Source: Chlamydiales bacterium
GTDB lineage: Bacteria > Chlamydiota > Chlamydiia > Chlamydiales > VFKH01
Reading direction: 5' to 3'
Length of the DNA: 64,000 nucleotides
Assembly (NCBI GenBank): GCA_031292375.1
Contig: JARLHF010000049.1
Coordinates: 4,377-68,376, forward strand
Shown: piece by piece, positions 18,962-29,018 of the stretch
Numbering within the stretch: the first letter of the stretch is position 1
Layout of the letters: each line of letters begins with the position of its first letter
The notes under the pieces: model-generated
Seen by the model: the letters and a program-made list of their open reading frames with translations, nothing else
Told to the model about the DNA's origin: nothing
Databases searched by the model: none
Position numbers and translations under genes: made by a program

Positions 18962-19756
18962 ATGCGCTGCACGGCGTACTGTACTGCTAGTGCCTACTCT
19001 ATCCAGTTTCTTTTTTCTGCTCTAAAGGCAAAAAGCAACCCAAGCATCTACAAGGATGTAGTTCATGTTCCCGTTGAGCGAAAAGATGGGATTTGTGGTG
19101 ATGCTTTCTACTTTTCTTTCGGTGCTACTGTGTTTTGGGGCTTAAACGAGGAAGAAGAGCATGCTGTTTTAGAAGAGCTTAAGCCATTTGAAGAGGGAGC
19201 TCTTACTTTAAGAGAGTTTGATGAACTAACTTATGGCTACGGCCCTACTTTCAAAATACATCAAGATGAAATTACCCTTGCTGATTCATCTTCCCTTGCA
19301 AAGCTTGCTGTATCTTATGGAATTGCACAATCTGTCAAACTTGCTATCTTTGAACACTCGATTCGAGAAACGATTGAAAAAACACGCCCCCTGACTCAAA
19401 ATCTGGTAAAAAAAGGCGCTATTGCGCTTTCTAGAAAAGATATCGCTAAAAAAATTGGAGAGCTTTTTATTGAGAGGAATTCCATTAATCTACATTGGGA
19501 TGTTTTAGACACTCCCGAGTTCTTTTGGGAATATCCAGAGCTAGATCTGCTTTACCGTACCACTGCAAATTACCTTGACGTTATAACGAGAGTAGATGTT
19601 CTTAACAAACGACTAGATATTGTAAGAGAACTTCTTGAAATGCTTGGCAGTCAGCTCAATCATCAACACTCTTCCGCATTAGAGTGGATTATTATTATTT
19701 TAATTATCATGGAAGTGATACTTGCTCTTTCCAGAGACTTTTTACACATCTTCTAG
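18962..19756 (+). CDS. RMD1/YagE (DUF155) family protein
   Basis: MRCTAYCTA, FYFSFGATVFWG, SYGIAQSVKL, LDTPEFFWEYP, LEWIIIILI C-terminal TM. ATG 18962 preferred. Confidence 0.9.
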   Translation: MRCTAYCTASAYSIQFLFSALKAKSNPSIYKDVVHVPVERKDGICGDAFYFSFGATVFWGLNEEEEHAVLEELKPFEEGALTLREFDELTYGYGPTFKIHQDEITLADSSSLAKLAVSYGIAQSVKLAIFEHSIRETIEKTRPLTQNLVKKGAIALSRKDIAKKIGELFIERNSINLHWDVLDTPEFFWEYPELDLLYRTTANYLDVITRVDVLNKRLDIVRELLEMLGSQLNHQHSSALEWIIIILIIMEVILALSRDFLHIF

Positions 19757-19762
19757 CTTTTT

Positions 19763-19972
19763 ATGAAATCACTTTTTATTGCACTCATTCGCTTATACCA
19801 GATTACTCTCTCACCATTTATTGGATGCAGCTGTAGATTCTTTCCAAGTTGCTCAGAATATGCTATCGAAGCCTTTCAAAAACATGGGATCTTAAAAGCT
19901 TTCTGGCTTACTCTTAAACGCCTTGCAAAATGCTTTCCTTGGAACAAAGGCGGCTGTGATTTTGTCCCCTAA
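19763..19972 (+). CDS. yidD: Membrane protein insertion efficiency factor YidD
   Basis: LIRLYQ..LSP...CRFFPSCSEYA..A...HG...RLAKCFPW..GG.D.VP. Confidence 0.95.
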   Translation: MKSLFIALIRLYQITLSPFIGCSCRFFPSCSEYAIEAFQKHGILKAFWLTLKRLAKCFPWNKGGCDFVP

Positions 19973-21222
19973 GGGATTGTAAGAACCTTGCCTGTTCGAA
20001 TGGAATCAGCTTTAAGTTGGTTTGCATTTTTAAGTGCCTCGACACTCACTTTATACTTCTTAGCAATGGTCCAAAGGCTTTCACCCTCTTTTATTGTGTG
20101 CGTACGAAGTTTTTTTTCAATAGTAGATGACTTTGCAGCCAAAGGCTTTGCTGGAAGCGATGATTTATTCACAACCGCTTTTGCAACCTTTGTCTTTTCT
20201 TGAATTACTTCTGCAGGAATAAAACGAGTGAGTGCTTTCATATGATCATAGGGCTCAATTAAAGCCTCTCCCATATATATGCAAAGCCTATCTGCTGCAA
20301 CCTTCCAAACAGCTGTGCTTCTAGGGCTCAAGAGCAATGCCTTTGCAAAGGCTTCAGAGCGCACCGTTTTATTATCTAAAAGATTCAACATCGCAATTAC
20401 GTGAGCATCGTCTAATTTTTTTACAGCAAAAGCGCCATGGGCTTGCAGCATAAATTCTGTAGCTTTTTTAGAACCCCTGCTAACATAGTCCAAGAGAAAA
20501 CGCTGTTGATGCGCTACAGTTAAGTCCTGCGCTTCTTTTTGCTTTTTTGCAAAACTCTCTAGCATCTGCCAATCACCTTCTTGCAAGATCGCTAAAATTT
20601 GATGTTTGTCTATTTTAGCGTCTGCTGCCCTAAAAAGCGCCTCTGCAGAACAAAATTCGGATGATAAAAAAAATGCATCTGCAAGTGACTCAGGGAGCTC
20701 CTTAGTTTGTTTAATACGCAAAAACAATCCCTTACTTGTAAGGGGCCACTGCTCTGTTCTTGCGTAGTGCAAAATGGCTTTAAAATCTTCATCTAAAAGA
20801 CCTGGGAACAAAACGATTTCAACAGAACTACCCTCTTGTTTTAAAACAGAAAAAGTACGCTGATCTACTGGCATTTTAGAAAGGGCTTTTGTAAGATTAA
20901 AATGAAAACAGGAAACAAGACAGCCAAGAGCTAAATCTCTTTCCGTAAACCCATCTTCAATTAATGTTTTACTATCAAGTTTTGCAATTAACTGCTCAAA
21001 AGAGAGCTTTTCAAACGAATGTATCACATCCGCATGAGAGCGGAAATCGGCTATAAGAGTTGCCTGCTCTACTGCGGGCTTACGCTCAAATGAATCTTCT
21101 GTATCCTTAACAAACAAGCAAAATATAGTCAGCGCTAAACCCACATTCAAGGCGACACTGAAAATCAATCCCTGTAAAAAAAAACGAGCCTGTCTAACTA
21201 TACGCTTGTTACTATCGTGCAT
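19969..21222 (-). CDS. Chlamydial LysM-domain membrane-anchored protein
   Basis: N-terminal TM (GLIFSVALNVGLALTIFCLFV) and C-terminal LysM HTIKEGESLWTIAKKYKVSVEALKNANQL...GKVLTIP. Confidence 0.85.
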   Translation of the reverse strand: MHDSNKRIVRQARFFLQGLIFSVALNVGLALTIFCLFVKDTEDSFERKPAVEQATLIADFRSHADVIHSFEKLSFEQLIAKLDSKTLIEDGFTERDLALGCLVSCFHFNLTKALSKMPVDQRTFSVLKQEGSSVEIVLFPGLLDEDFKAILHYARTEQWPLTSKGLFLRIKQTKELPESLADAFFLSSEFCSAEALFRAADAKIDKHQILAILQEGDWQMLESFAKKQKEAQDLTVAHQQRFLLDYVSRGSKKATEFMLQAHGAFAVKKLDDAHVIAMLNLLDNKTVRSEAFAKALLLSPRSTAVWKVAADRLCIYMGEALIEPYDHMKALTRFIPAEVIQEKTKVAKAVVNKSSLPAKPLAAKSSTIEKKLRTHTIKEGESLWTIAKKYKVSVEALKNANQLKADSIRTGKVLTIP

Positions 21223-21349
21223 TACAATTCTCAATCGAAAAAACAGTTAGATAATAACGTTCTTATTAAGCACTTGTCAATAACATATTTGTAACATATT
21301 TATTTTAGGATACATAAAAAAAATGAATGGGATGAGACATATTTTTTCC

Positions 21350-21435
21350 TGTCGCCACGTTGTGGCTCTAATAGTTTTAGAATGGTTGTCCATGGGTTTC
21401 ACCCGTGGCTAGCAACATGCCGCCACTTCGTGGCA
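21350..21435. repeat. REP/BIME-like cluster of three short hairpins
   Basis: gtcgccacgttgtggc ... ccatgggtttcacccgtgg ... gccgccacttcgtggc; GC-rich patch in an AT-rich divergent intergenic region. Confidence 0.65.
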
Positions 21436-21561
21436 AAGCTTCGCAGTTTAAAAATTATCGGCCATTTGATTAAATCACATGATCTTTTTTGCTGATTGAT
21501 AACAAACTTATCTTGTTATACAATCCCTGTAATTTCACCCTCACTAACATTGAAAATAATT

Positions 21562-23595
21562 ATGAGAATTCCCCTATCTTGGCTTAAAGAATTTATTAAA
21601 ATCACACACTCTCCAGAAGACTTGAGCGAGCTTTTAACAATGGCAGGCCTGGAAGTTGATGCAATTGAGCGCACACCTGATGATGTTATCTTCGAAATTT
21701 CTTTAACACCCAACCTCATCCATACAGCAAGCATTTTAGGAGTTGCAAGAGAGCTTTCAGCGCTTACTAAAACCCCTTACCATGTTTCAAAAACAAAATT
21801 AGCTGAAAATAGTTCTATTTCAACTAATGACTTTGTTAGCGTATCTATTGACAATCAAGAAACATGCCCACGCTATGCTTGTAGATTAATTCAAAATGTC
21901 AAAGTAGGCCCATCTCCAGATTGGCTCAAGAAAAAATTAGAAGCATGCTCCATACGCCCTATCAACAATGTAGTAGACATTACAAACTATGTACTTCTCG
22001 AATATGGCCATCCTCTACATGCCTTTGACTACGATAAAATCAGTGGTCAACAAATTCATGTAAAGACCGCTATAAATGGCACTGAAATAACAACATTAGA
22101 TGGTACTACAAGAACACTGTCTAACACTATGCTATGCATCTATGATAACAAAGAGCCCATTGCTCTAGCAGGTATCATGGGCTGCAAAAATAGCGAAGTC
22201 TCTGATAGCACTCAAAACATCCTTCTAGAGTCTGCTTTTTTTCAAGCCTCTTGCATCAGAAAAACGAGCAAACAACTCTTTTTAAGCACAGAAGCATCAA
22301 GACATTTTGAAAGAGGTGCAGATCCAGGGCAAGTTTTAGATTCTTTAGATAAAGCAGCTATGCTCATTCACGAAATTGCCGGAGGATCCGTTGCACAAAA
22401 CCCCATCGACATTAAAAAGCAAAATTTCTTACCAAAAACAGTAACTTGCAGATTAAGCCGCATCAATGCTCTTCTTGGATCTTCTTTTAACTTAGGCGAA
22501 GTTGAAACCATTCTCAAGCGGCTAGAATGCATTCTCACATATGAAAGCCAAGATCTATTCCATGTTAAAGTGCCCACGTATAGAGGTGACATTCACTCTG
22601 AAATTGATATCGTAGAGGAAGTTGCGCGAATTTATGGTTATAACAACCTTCCAAAGCCCTCTGTCAAATATCAAAACTCAACACTTCCTCATACCCCCAT
22701 CTTCCTATTCGAAAATAAAATACGTGAAAAGCTTCTCTCACATGGCTTACAAGAGTTTTTAACATGCGATCTTATCAGCCCAAAAGATATAGCTCTTATC
22801 CAAGCAGATGCGCTTTCTGTTGCAGTTCTCAACCCCACTTCCATGCAACAATCCGTGCTACGTACATCCTTGCTTCCTGGCTTATTACATGTTGTAAAGC
22901 ACAATATAGACCATCAAGTGCACGACATTTTTGGCTTTGAAATAGGACGCACTCATTTCAAAGAAGAAGAGAGCTTTAAAGAAGTGTCTTCTGCAGGAAT
23001 TATTTTGAGCGGGCATGTTGCACCTTTTCACTTTGATGCAAGCCCTCAAAATGTCGATTTTTTTGACTTAAAAGGTATTGTAGAAAACTTATTAGAAAGT
23101 CTTTATTTTGCAAAACCTACTTTTAAGCCTTCTCAAATAAGTAGTTTCCATCCAAAACGACAAGCTTCTTTATGGATAGAAAATTCTTGTGTTGGAATAC
23201 TTGGTGAAGCTCATCCATCTCTACTAAGAACATTTGATATTGCCTCCAAAGTCCTGTTTGCAGAAATTAATTTACATGAACTACTCCTCTCTAAAAGACA
23301 TGATCCCTTTATGCGTCCTCTACCGCAATTTCCTGCCTCTGAAAGGGATTGGACAGTAACACTTCATGAAAACATCCCCATTCAACATGTAATAAATCTT
23401 ATCGAAAAGTACTCTTGCACTATTTTAGAAAAATTCGAATTAATAGGCCTTTATCAAAGTGAAAAACTTGGGGCTCATATAAAAAATGCAACTTTTCGCT
23501 TTTCCTACAGAAATCCTAAAAAAACCCTTTCTTTTGAAGAAGTAGAAAAAGGACATAACAATATTGTGCAATCTGCCCTCAAGGAGCTTTCATGA
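21562..23595 (+). CDS. pheT: Phenylalanyl-tRNA synthetase beta subunit (short form, no B2 OB domain)
   Basis: MRIPLSWL, EISLTPN, RPINNVVDITNYVLLEYGHPLHAFD, HFERG, DIVEEVARIYGY, LRTSLLPGLL, C-terminal FDX-ACB; 677 aa. Confidence 0.95.
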   Translation: MRIPLSWLKEFIKITHSPEDLSELLTMAGLEVDAIERTPDDVIFEISLTPNLIHTASILGVARELSALTKTPYHVSKTKLAENSSISTNDFVSVSIDNQETCPRYACRLIQNVKVGPSPDWLKKKLEACSIRPINNVVDITNYVLLEYGHPLHAFDYDKISGQQIHVKTAINGTEITTLDGTTRTLSNTMLCIYDNKEPIALAGIMGCKNSEVSDSTQNILLESAFFQASCIRKTSKQLFLSTEASRHFERGADPGQVLDSLDKAAMLIHEIAGGSVAQNPIDIKKQNFLPKTVTCRLSRINALLGSSFNLGEVETILKRLECILTYESQDLFHVKVPTYRGDIHSEIDIVEEVARIYGYNNLPKPSVKYQNSTLPHTPIFLFENKIREKLLSHGLQEFLTCDLISPKDIALIQADALSVAVLNPTSMQQSVLRTSLLPGLLHVVKHNIDHQVHDIFGFEIGRTHFKEEESFKEVSSAGIILSGHVAPFHFDASPQNVDFFDLKGIVENLLESLYFAKPTFKPSQISSFHPKRQASLWIENSCVGILGEAHPSLLRTFDIASKVLFAEINLHELLLSKRHDPFMRPLPQFPASERDWTVTLHENIPIQHVINLIEKYSCTILEKFELIGLYQSEKLGAHIKNATFRFSYRNPKKTLSFEEVEKGHNNIVQSALKELS

Positions 23596-24563
23596 AAAAT
23601 ATTTTTTTCTTTTTATTTGCATCCACAGCAACCCTCACAAGCCCTCTTTTTTCAGCTGCACCTCCTAGTAGGGATGTAATCAAAGAGACTTATATTGCCA
23701 AATACCTGGGGCCTACATCCGAACAGGAGTGGGAAAAACGTGGCGGAAATGGACAGGTCATCAAAATACTCAGTGATGGCGTAACAGTGACATCTAGCTA
23801 TACAAACCACCACCTGCAAGGTAAAACCACCTACACTTATCCACACACAAACATACCTCAATTTAGCGAAAATTATGAACAGGGAAGGCTCATAGGTAAA
23901 ACGACATATTTTACTTCAGGATTACCTGAAAGCGAAGAAAATATTCTTTCAAATGGCCTTCTTAAAATCTCATCCTGGTATACAGATGGCGTACCATCCA
24001 GCGTAGAAGAATGGAAAGGCACACAGCTAGTTACAGGAAGCTATTTTGACAAATCTTCAGAAAAAGAGTCGTCTGTACAGGAAGGAAGGGGTATTCGCAT
24101 TGCAAGAGATGCATACGGAACACTTATTTCAAGAGACACTTTTGCAAACGGACAAATTGTCAGAAAAGAAACATTTTATTCATCTGGAGAGCCAAAATCT
24201 TCTACTCCCTACATCAATGGCAAAATCCATGGATTAGTGCGCACCTATTTAATGGGAGGAGAGCCTCTATCTGTTGAAGAATGGTCTCAAGGCCAAAAGC
24301 AAGGTGCCTGTACTCAATTTGAAAATGGAGAGCCCCATATAACAGCTTATTTTGCTAACGATCAAAAGCATGGACTGGAACAACATTTTAAAAATGGCAC
24401 ACAAGTTGTAGAAGAAATTCACTGGAAGGAAGGCAAAAAACATGGGCTATCATGTGTATACATCAACGGAGAAGCGCATGAACAGTGGTACTACGAAGAT
24501 AAGCGCGTAAATGCCTTTACTTACCAATTTTTAACGCCCGGTCAAGGCAATAGAAAAACGTGA
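23592..24563 (+). CDS. MORN-variant/YwqK-type repeat protein with signal peptide (CT476-like)
   Basis: Repeated (Y/F)xxGxxxGxxxxY units; position between pheT and ogt as in Chlamydia. Confidence 0.75.
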   Translation: MKNIFFFLFASTATLTSPLFSAAPPSRDVIKETYIAKYLGPTSEQEWEKRGGNGQVIKILSDGVTVTSSYTNHHLQGKTTYTYPHTNIPQFSENYEQGRLIGKTTYFTSGLPESEENILSNGLLKISSWYTDGVPSSVEEWKGTQLVTGSYFDKSSEKESSVQEGRGIRIARDAYGTLISRDTFANGQIVRKETFYSSGEPKSSTPYINGKIHGLVRTYLMGGEPLSVEEWSQGQKQGACTQFENGEPHITAYFANDQKHGLEQHFKNGTQVVEEIHWKEGKKHGLSCVYINGEAHEQWYYEDKRVNAFTYQFLTPGQGNRKT

Positions 24564-25075
24564 ATCGTCTTACAGAAAGCACTTTTATTGCGAAAAAACC
24601 CGCAATTACTGTTCTTGTAAAAACAGATGAAAACAATCTTATTATTCGAAGTGATTTATCTATTAATATTAATAATCAATTCGAATTAATATTCGAGTCA
24701 TCCTATCTATCAAAAGAGTTGCTCGATGAATTGCTTAGTTCACTTTTTGTTTACGCAACACAAAAGAAAAGCCATTTTTCACAACACCTCTTTTTTCCGG
24801 CAAAGTTTGCCCCCTTCACAACAACTGTATATTCTCTGATGAAATCCCTTCCCTTTGGACAATCTCTCTCATACCAAGAGCTTGCAGAAATGGCCGGTAG
24901 CAAGCAAGCTCAGCGCGCCGTTGGATCTATATGCAAAAATAATCCCTTTCCCCTCTTTGTTCCTTGTCATAGAATCCTTGCGAATAAGCAACTACTAGGT
25001 GGCTTTTCTGCAGGAGGCTTAGATGTAAAAAAAGAGCTCCTTGCTTTTGAAAGTATACCCTTTATTGGCATGTAA
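24560..25075 (+). CDS. ogt: Methylated-DNA-protein-cysteine methyltransferase
   Basis: LPFGQSLSYQELA, RAVGS, NP.PLFVPCHR active site. Confidence 0.92.
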   Translation: MNRLTESTFIAKKPAITVLVKTDENNLIIRSDLSININNQFELIFESSYLSKELLDELLSSLFVYATQKKSHFSQHLFFPAKFAPFTTTVYSLMKSLPFGQSLSYQELAEMAGSKQAQRAVGSICKNNPFPLFVPCHRILANKQLLGGFSAGGLDVKKELLAFESIPFIGM

Positions 25076-25127
25076 TTTGCTTAATACTCTATGAAGCCTT
25101 GAAATTCAAAGGGCAGGAGGTAAATGT

Positions 25128-25298
25128 ATGCGCAAAACACGATTATTAAAAAAACTTGCTTACTTAGAATTTGTAAACGACCAATTGCTTACTGAAATTA
25201 AATATGTAGATCGTCTTTTAAAACTAGTTGGATTTCCAAATGGCTTAGAAACTGTAAAACAAGCATCCAAAGAGATTTTGAGCGATCGAAAGAAATAA
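25128..25298 (+). CDS. Small 56-aa protein (not in ORF track), resembles a conserved chlamydial hypothetical
   Basis: Strong RBS AGGAGG upstream. Translates MRKTRLLKKLAYLEFVNDQLLTEIKYVDRLLKLVGFPNGLETVKQASKEILSDRKK. Confidence 0.75.
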   Translation: MRKTRLLKKLAYLEFVNDQLLTEIKYVDRLLKLVGFPNGLETVKQASKEILSDRKK

Positions 25299-25605
25299 AT
25301 ATGCTAAAAAAAACAAAACACAATAATCACCTAGAAAACCACGGTAAAAACACTTCCATAATATGTTTTAAAGGCAAAACTTTCAGAAAGCTCATAGGCT
25401 CTAAGAATAACGTTTTCAACTTTTTTTTAGAATTTTGAAAAAAAATGATAGCTCTTTATATAGAGGTTGTACTATAGATAAAAATATCGTTACATAGCAG
25501 ACACTTGTGTGGTCGCAGTAGCGTTTGTGTCTACAATCCTATAGTGGGATGAACATTTGACACTTTAACGTTTAAAAAATCAACTTCCTACAAGGAGTTT
25601 TTCTA

Positions 25606-25848
25606 ATGAAAAAGACTGCAAAACTATTTTCAGCTCTAGCTCTATTAACAGTAGCAACTCTTGCTCTAACTGGCTGCAACAGATGTTGCCAACCAAACAA
25701 TTGCTACCCATCAAATTGTGATTGGAGCTGCAACCCATGTCCAGCACCTTGCGACACATATTGTGCGCCTGTTTGCAATCCTTGCCCAGCACCATGCCCA
25801 GCACCTTGCAATCCATGCCCACAACCATGCAATCCTTGCTGCTATTAA
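25606..25848 (+). CDS. omcA: Small cysteine-rich outer membrane lipoprotein OmcA
   Basis: AAGGAG RBS, lipobox LTGC, 17 Cys in 80 aa, CNPC/CPAPC repeats; near omcB. Confidence 0.8.
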   Translation: MKKTAKLFSALALLTVATLALTGCNRCCQPNNCYPSNCDWSCNPCPAPCDTYCAPVCNPCPAPCPAPCNPCPQPCNPCCY

Positions 25849-25871
25849 TCAGCAGACTTGCTGGATAAGCA

Positions 25872-25904
25872 TACAAGAACTGCCCTTTGAGGGTAGTTCT
25901 TGTA
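25872..25904. terminator. Hairpin between convergent omcA and SNF2 genes
   Basis: tacaagaactgccc / gggtagttcttgta, 14-bp stem with one G-U pair. Confidence 0.75.
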
Positions 25905-25907
25905 ACG

Positions 25908-28574
25908 TTATAAACTAGTTAGTAAATCTAACCATTCTTCTTCAGTGAGCTTATCCTTTTCTGACCCATCTTCCAAGATTTCTTGGATAAGGCTTTTCTT
26001 ATGAGCCTTTAGCTTCATTATTTTTTCTTCAACGCTCTCTACCGTAACGTATCGCTTAGCAATCACCTTTTCTTTTCTGCCAATGCGATGAGCTCTGTCG
26101 ATTGCTTGATTTTCTACCGATTCATTCCACCAAGGATCATAAAGAAATACATAGTCCGCAGCAGTGAGGTTTAAGCCAACACCTCCTGCCTTCAAACTAA
26201 TTAAGAACACCTGCATTTCAGGATCCTCTTGAAATCTTGTAACTAGCTCTTCACGGTTTTTTGTTGCACCGTCTAAGTAGAGTACACCTCTTTTCTGAAC
26301 CTGCATCTCTTTTAAAAGGATTTTTAAAAAGGCTGTAAACTGGCTATACACCAATACTTTAGCTCCCTCATCGCATACAGTGGCAATATCTTCAAGTAAT
26401 GCACTCCACTTACCTCCACCTACAATACCCCCTTCGTATTCATGCGATACAACAAGTGATGGATGAGAGCAAATTTGGCGAAGGCGCAAAATCGCTTCAA
26501 AAACTTCCATTCTATGCTCTTTTATCCCATCCACCGCGATCTTCTTTAAGAGGCCAGAGCGAATGTTTGCAAGAAATGTTTCGTACATCTCTTTTTGTAA
26601 AGGTTCCATCTCCACCCATACAACCTGTTCCTGTCTCTCTGGAAGATCTTTTGCAACTTCCATTTTTTTACGCCTCAAAAAAAATGGCTTTATCATCTGT
26701 TTTATGTGCTTGAGATGAGAAGGATCTAAAATTTCAAACTCTTTTCTATCTGGCAAAAGACCTGGCATCAAAAAATAAAACTGCGACCATAAATCTCGAA
26801 GGTGGTTTTCTACAGGCGTACCCGTAAGTGAAAGCTTACAATGAGCCTGCAAGGAAAATGCAGCTTTTGCAGTTTGCGTATCAGGATTTTTGATATTTTG
26901 AGCTTCATCCAAAATGACAATGTGAAAAAACACCTTAGAAAGTAGTAATTGATCGATCCTCAAAATAGCATACGTTGTAATGACAATAGAGCATGCATTA
27001 AAAGACTCTATGTCTGTAAAACGAGCATCTCCTTGGTGCAAGTAGATGGGAGTATTTTCTAAAAACCTCTCAATCTCACGCTTCCAATGGAACACAAGAG
27101 TTGTTGGCAAAACAATTAAAACAGGTCCTTTTATTCTAGATAAAAAAGCAAGCACTTGAACTGTCTTTCCAAGGCCCATATCATCTGCCAAAAGTCCACT
27201 GAAGCCAAACTCTTCTAAAAAACAAAGCCACTGAAAACCTAAACTTTGGTAGTGGCGCAATTCTGCTTTAAAATGCCCAGCTGGTAAAAGATCTGGTAAT
27301 GGCTTGCCATCTTTAAGGCTCTCCTGACAGCTTCTTATTTTTTCAAGCAGAGGAGATTTCTTACATTCCTTCCAAAAATCCTCTAATAGACCAAAGTGCG
27401 CGCGCTTTATACGAACACTCATCGCAACCACTTCCATGCTCTCAAAAGCTTTACTATCACTCGCACTAAATTCAAGCAATCCCGTATAGCCCGGATTATT
27501 TAACTGTACAAAGTGCTCTCTTCGGTTGAATGCGCCTATAACATCTTGTACATCTGCATCAAATGCTTCATAAACGTATTTACCTTTCACTAAAATTTGT
27601 TGATTTTGAAGATCAAAGTCTAATGTTTTATCTGTTTGTCGTATAATTTTACGTCCCTTAACATCTAAAACTGTCCAGCCACATTCGAGCAAAAAAAGAA
27701 TACTTTTAGATACTTTATCAAGCGGACAATAATAAGTAGATGTCCCTCTTGGACTATATATAAAGTCCGTTTCTAACAGATCTTTCTCATAGCCTTTCTC
27801 GCAAGTAGTATTGCGATATGCCAGAGGTTCTTCTAAAACGTCAATGACTCGTTGATCACCATAATCCATCCATAATGTTGCAAAAGAGCCCAAACGATCT
27901 GTTAGCTTAAGGACTGGAAGAGAATCTTGTGCTTGTAAAGAGCCCTGTGTGTGCAAGGAAAGTGCAAGCCTTGGAACTACAGAAAAATCCCCTTCATTAC
28001 ATTCATCCAAAAGTGTTTCTTGCTTTCTTGCATCGAGGGTGCATGGTCCTTTTATTACCTGTGAAATCCAACGAGGCGCCATCTCTCCTTTGATAAAACG
28101 CAATGTATTCTTAAAAATAAACCAGTGGGGAGGGCCTAAAAAAATAAGATCACATGCTATGATAGGCATAACCTCATTCTCTAAAGATAGGTGTCCAGAG
28201 ATTTCAAATTGAGCATGAACGTTATTTTTTCCCTCATAAAAAAACTCAACCGGAGAAAAAAAATTACAATAGAGTTTTTTTTCCTCAAAATAGAGTTTGC
28301 CACTTGCTGCAAGTTCTTTGAGAAGAGATACTACTTTTGATCGCTCTATTCTTATCGTATTTAATACAATCGTTTCACTAGATTCCACTCTACCGCAGGA
28401 TCTTGCGTACCTCATTTCTTCCTTAGCAAGAGCTTTGATCAGCTCTTTTTCATTTGCATCTACCATCTCTATCAATGCAGGAAAATAGAGGTTTTTCTTT
28501 TTTCCAGGCAGTATAATTTGAATTGTGAGGTATTCAAACGAAAGCGGTTGTTGTTTACCTATACAGTACATCAT
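25908..28574 (-). CDS. SNF2/SWI2-family helicase-like ATPase
   Basis: LRHYQ, GLLADDMGLGKTVQ, ILDEAQNIKN, LTGTPVEN, FLISLKAGGVGLNLTAAD, DPWWN, QAIDRAHRIG. Start codon uncertain. Confidence 0.93.
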   Translation of the reverse strand: MMYCIGKQQPLSFEYLTIQIILPGKKKNLYFPALIEMVDANEKELIKALAKEEMRYARSCGRVESSETIVLNTIRIERSKVVSLLKELAASGKLYFEEKKLYCNFFSPVEFFYEGKNNVHAQFEISGHLSLENEVMPIIACDLIFLGPPHWFIFKNTLRFIKGEMAPRWISQVIKGPCTLDARKQETLLDECNEGDFSVVPRLALSLHTQGSLQAQDSLPVLKLTDRLGSFATLWMDYGDQRVIDVLEEPLAYRNTTCEKGYEKDLLETDFIYSPRGTSTYYCPLDKVSKSILFLLECGWTVLDVKGRKIIRQTDKTLDFDLQNQQILVKGKYVYEAFDADVQDVIGAFNRREHFVQLNNPGYTGLLEFSASDSKAFESMEVVAMSVRIKRAHFGLLEDFWKECKKSPLLEKIRSCQESLKDGKPLPDLLPAGHFKAELRHYQSLGFQWLCFLEEFGFSGLLADDMGLGKTVQVLAFLSRIKGPVLIVLPTTLVFHWKREIERFLENTPIYLHQGDARFTDIESFNACSIVITTYAILRIDQLLLSKVFFHIVILDEAQNIKNPDTQTAKAAFSLQAHCKLSLTGTPVENHLRDLWSQFYFLMPGLLPDRKEFEILDPSHLKHIKQMIKPFFLRRKKMEVAKDLPERQEQVVWVEMEPLQKEMYETFLANIRSGLLKKIAVDGIKEHRMEVFEAILRLRQICSHPSLVVSHEYEGGIVGGGKWSALLEDIATVCDEGAKVLVYSQFTAFLKILLKEMQVQKRGVLYLDGATKNREELVTRFQEDPEMQVFLISLKAGGVGLNLTAADYVFLYDPWWNESVENQAIDRAHRIGRKEKVIAKRYVTVESVEEKIMKLKAHKKSLIQEILEDGSEKDKLTEEEWLDLLTSL

Positions 28575-29018
28575 TTTTAACCTGAGTTTTGGACTTAAAT
28601 TGGATATGCTACACTCTTTTTTCTATTTTTTGAATTTTTTTCTCAAAATGAAAATACTGAATTTCAAATAGATGCGTAGCAAAAACCCATCTAGAGGCCT
28701 ATCTGAATAAAATTTTAGTGAGGAAAAATCATTTCTTTAAAAATGTGTAGCTTCTAAATGCAACTTGTAATATAGAAATGTTAACTACTACTGGTATACG
28801 CCTCTTTGGCACCATTAGTTGAGAAAAAGCTTCAGCTCTTCTTAACCTTCTTAGCAAAAACTAAGAAAAATTAAGAGTCCACTCCTTGCACAACATAGAG
28901 TGAACAAAAACAAAGAGGTGAATAAGAGAAAAAAGCTGCGATTATTACAAATGAGGTTTTTTTTACTTACTAAATCAGTAAATCAAATGACCAAAAAATT
29001 CCAATAAGGAGTTCATAC

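Noticed and set aside
25580-25876. 98-aa minus-strand ORF
   Set aside because: It is an antisense shadow of the Cys/Pro-repeat omcA, which has the RBS and lipobox.
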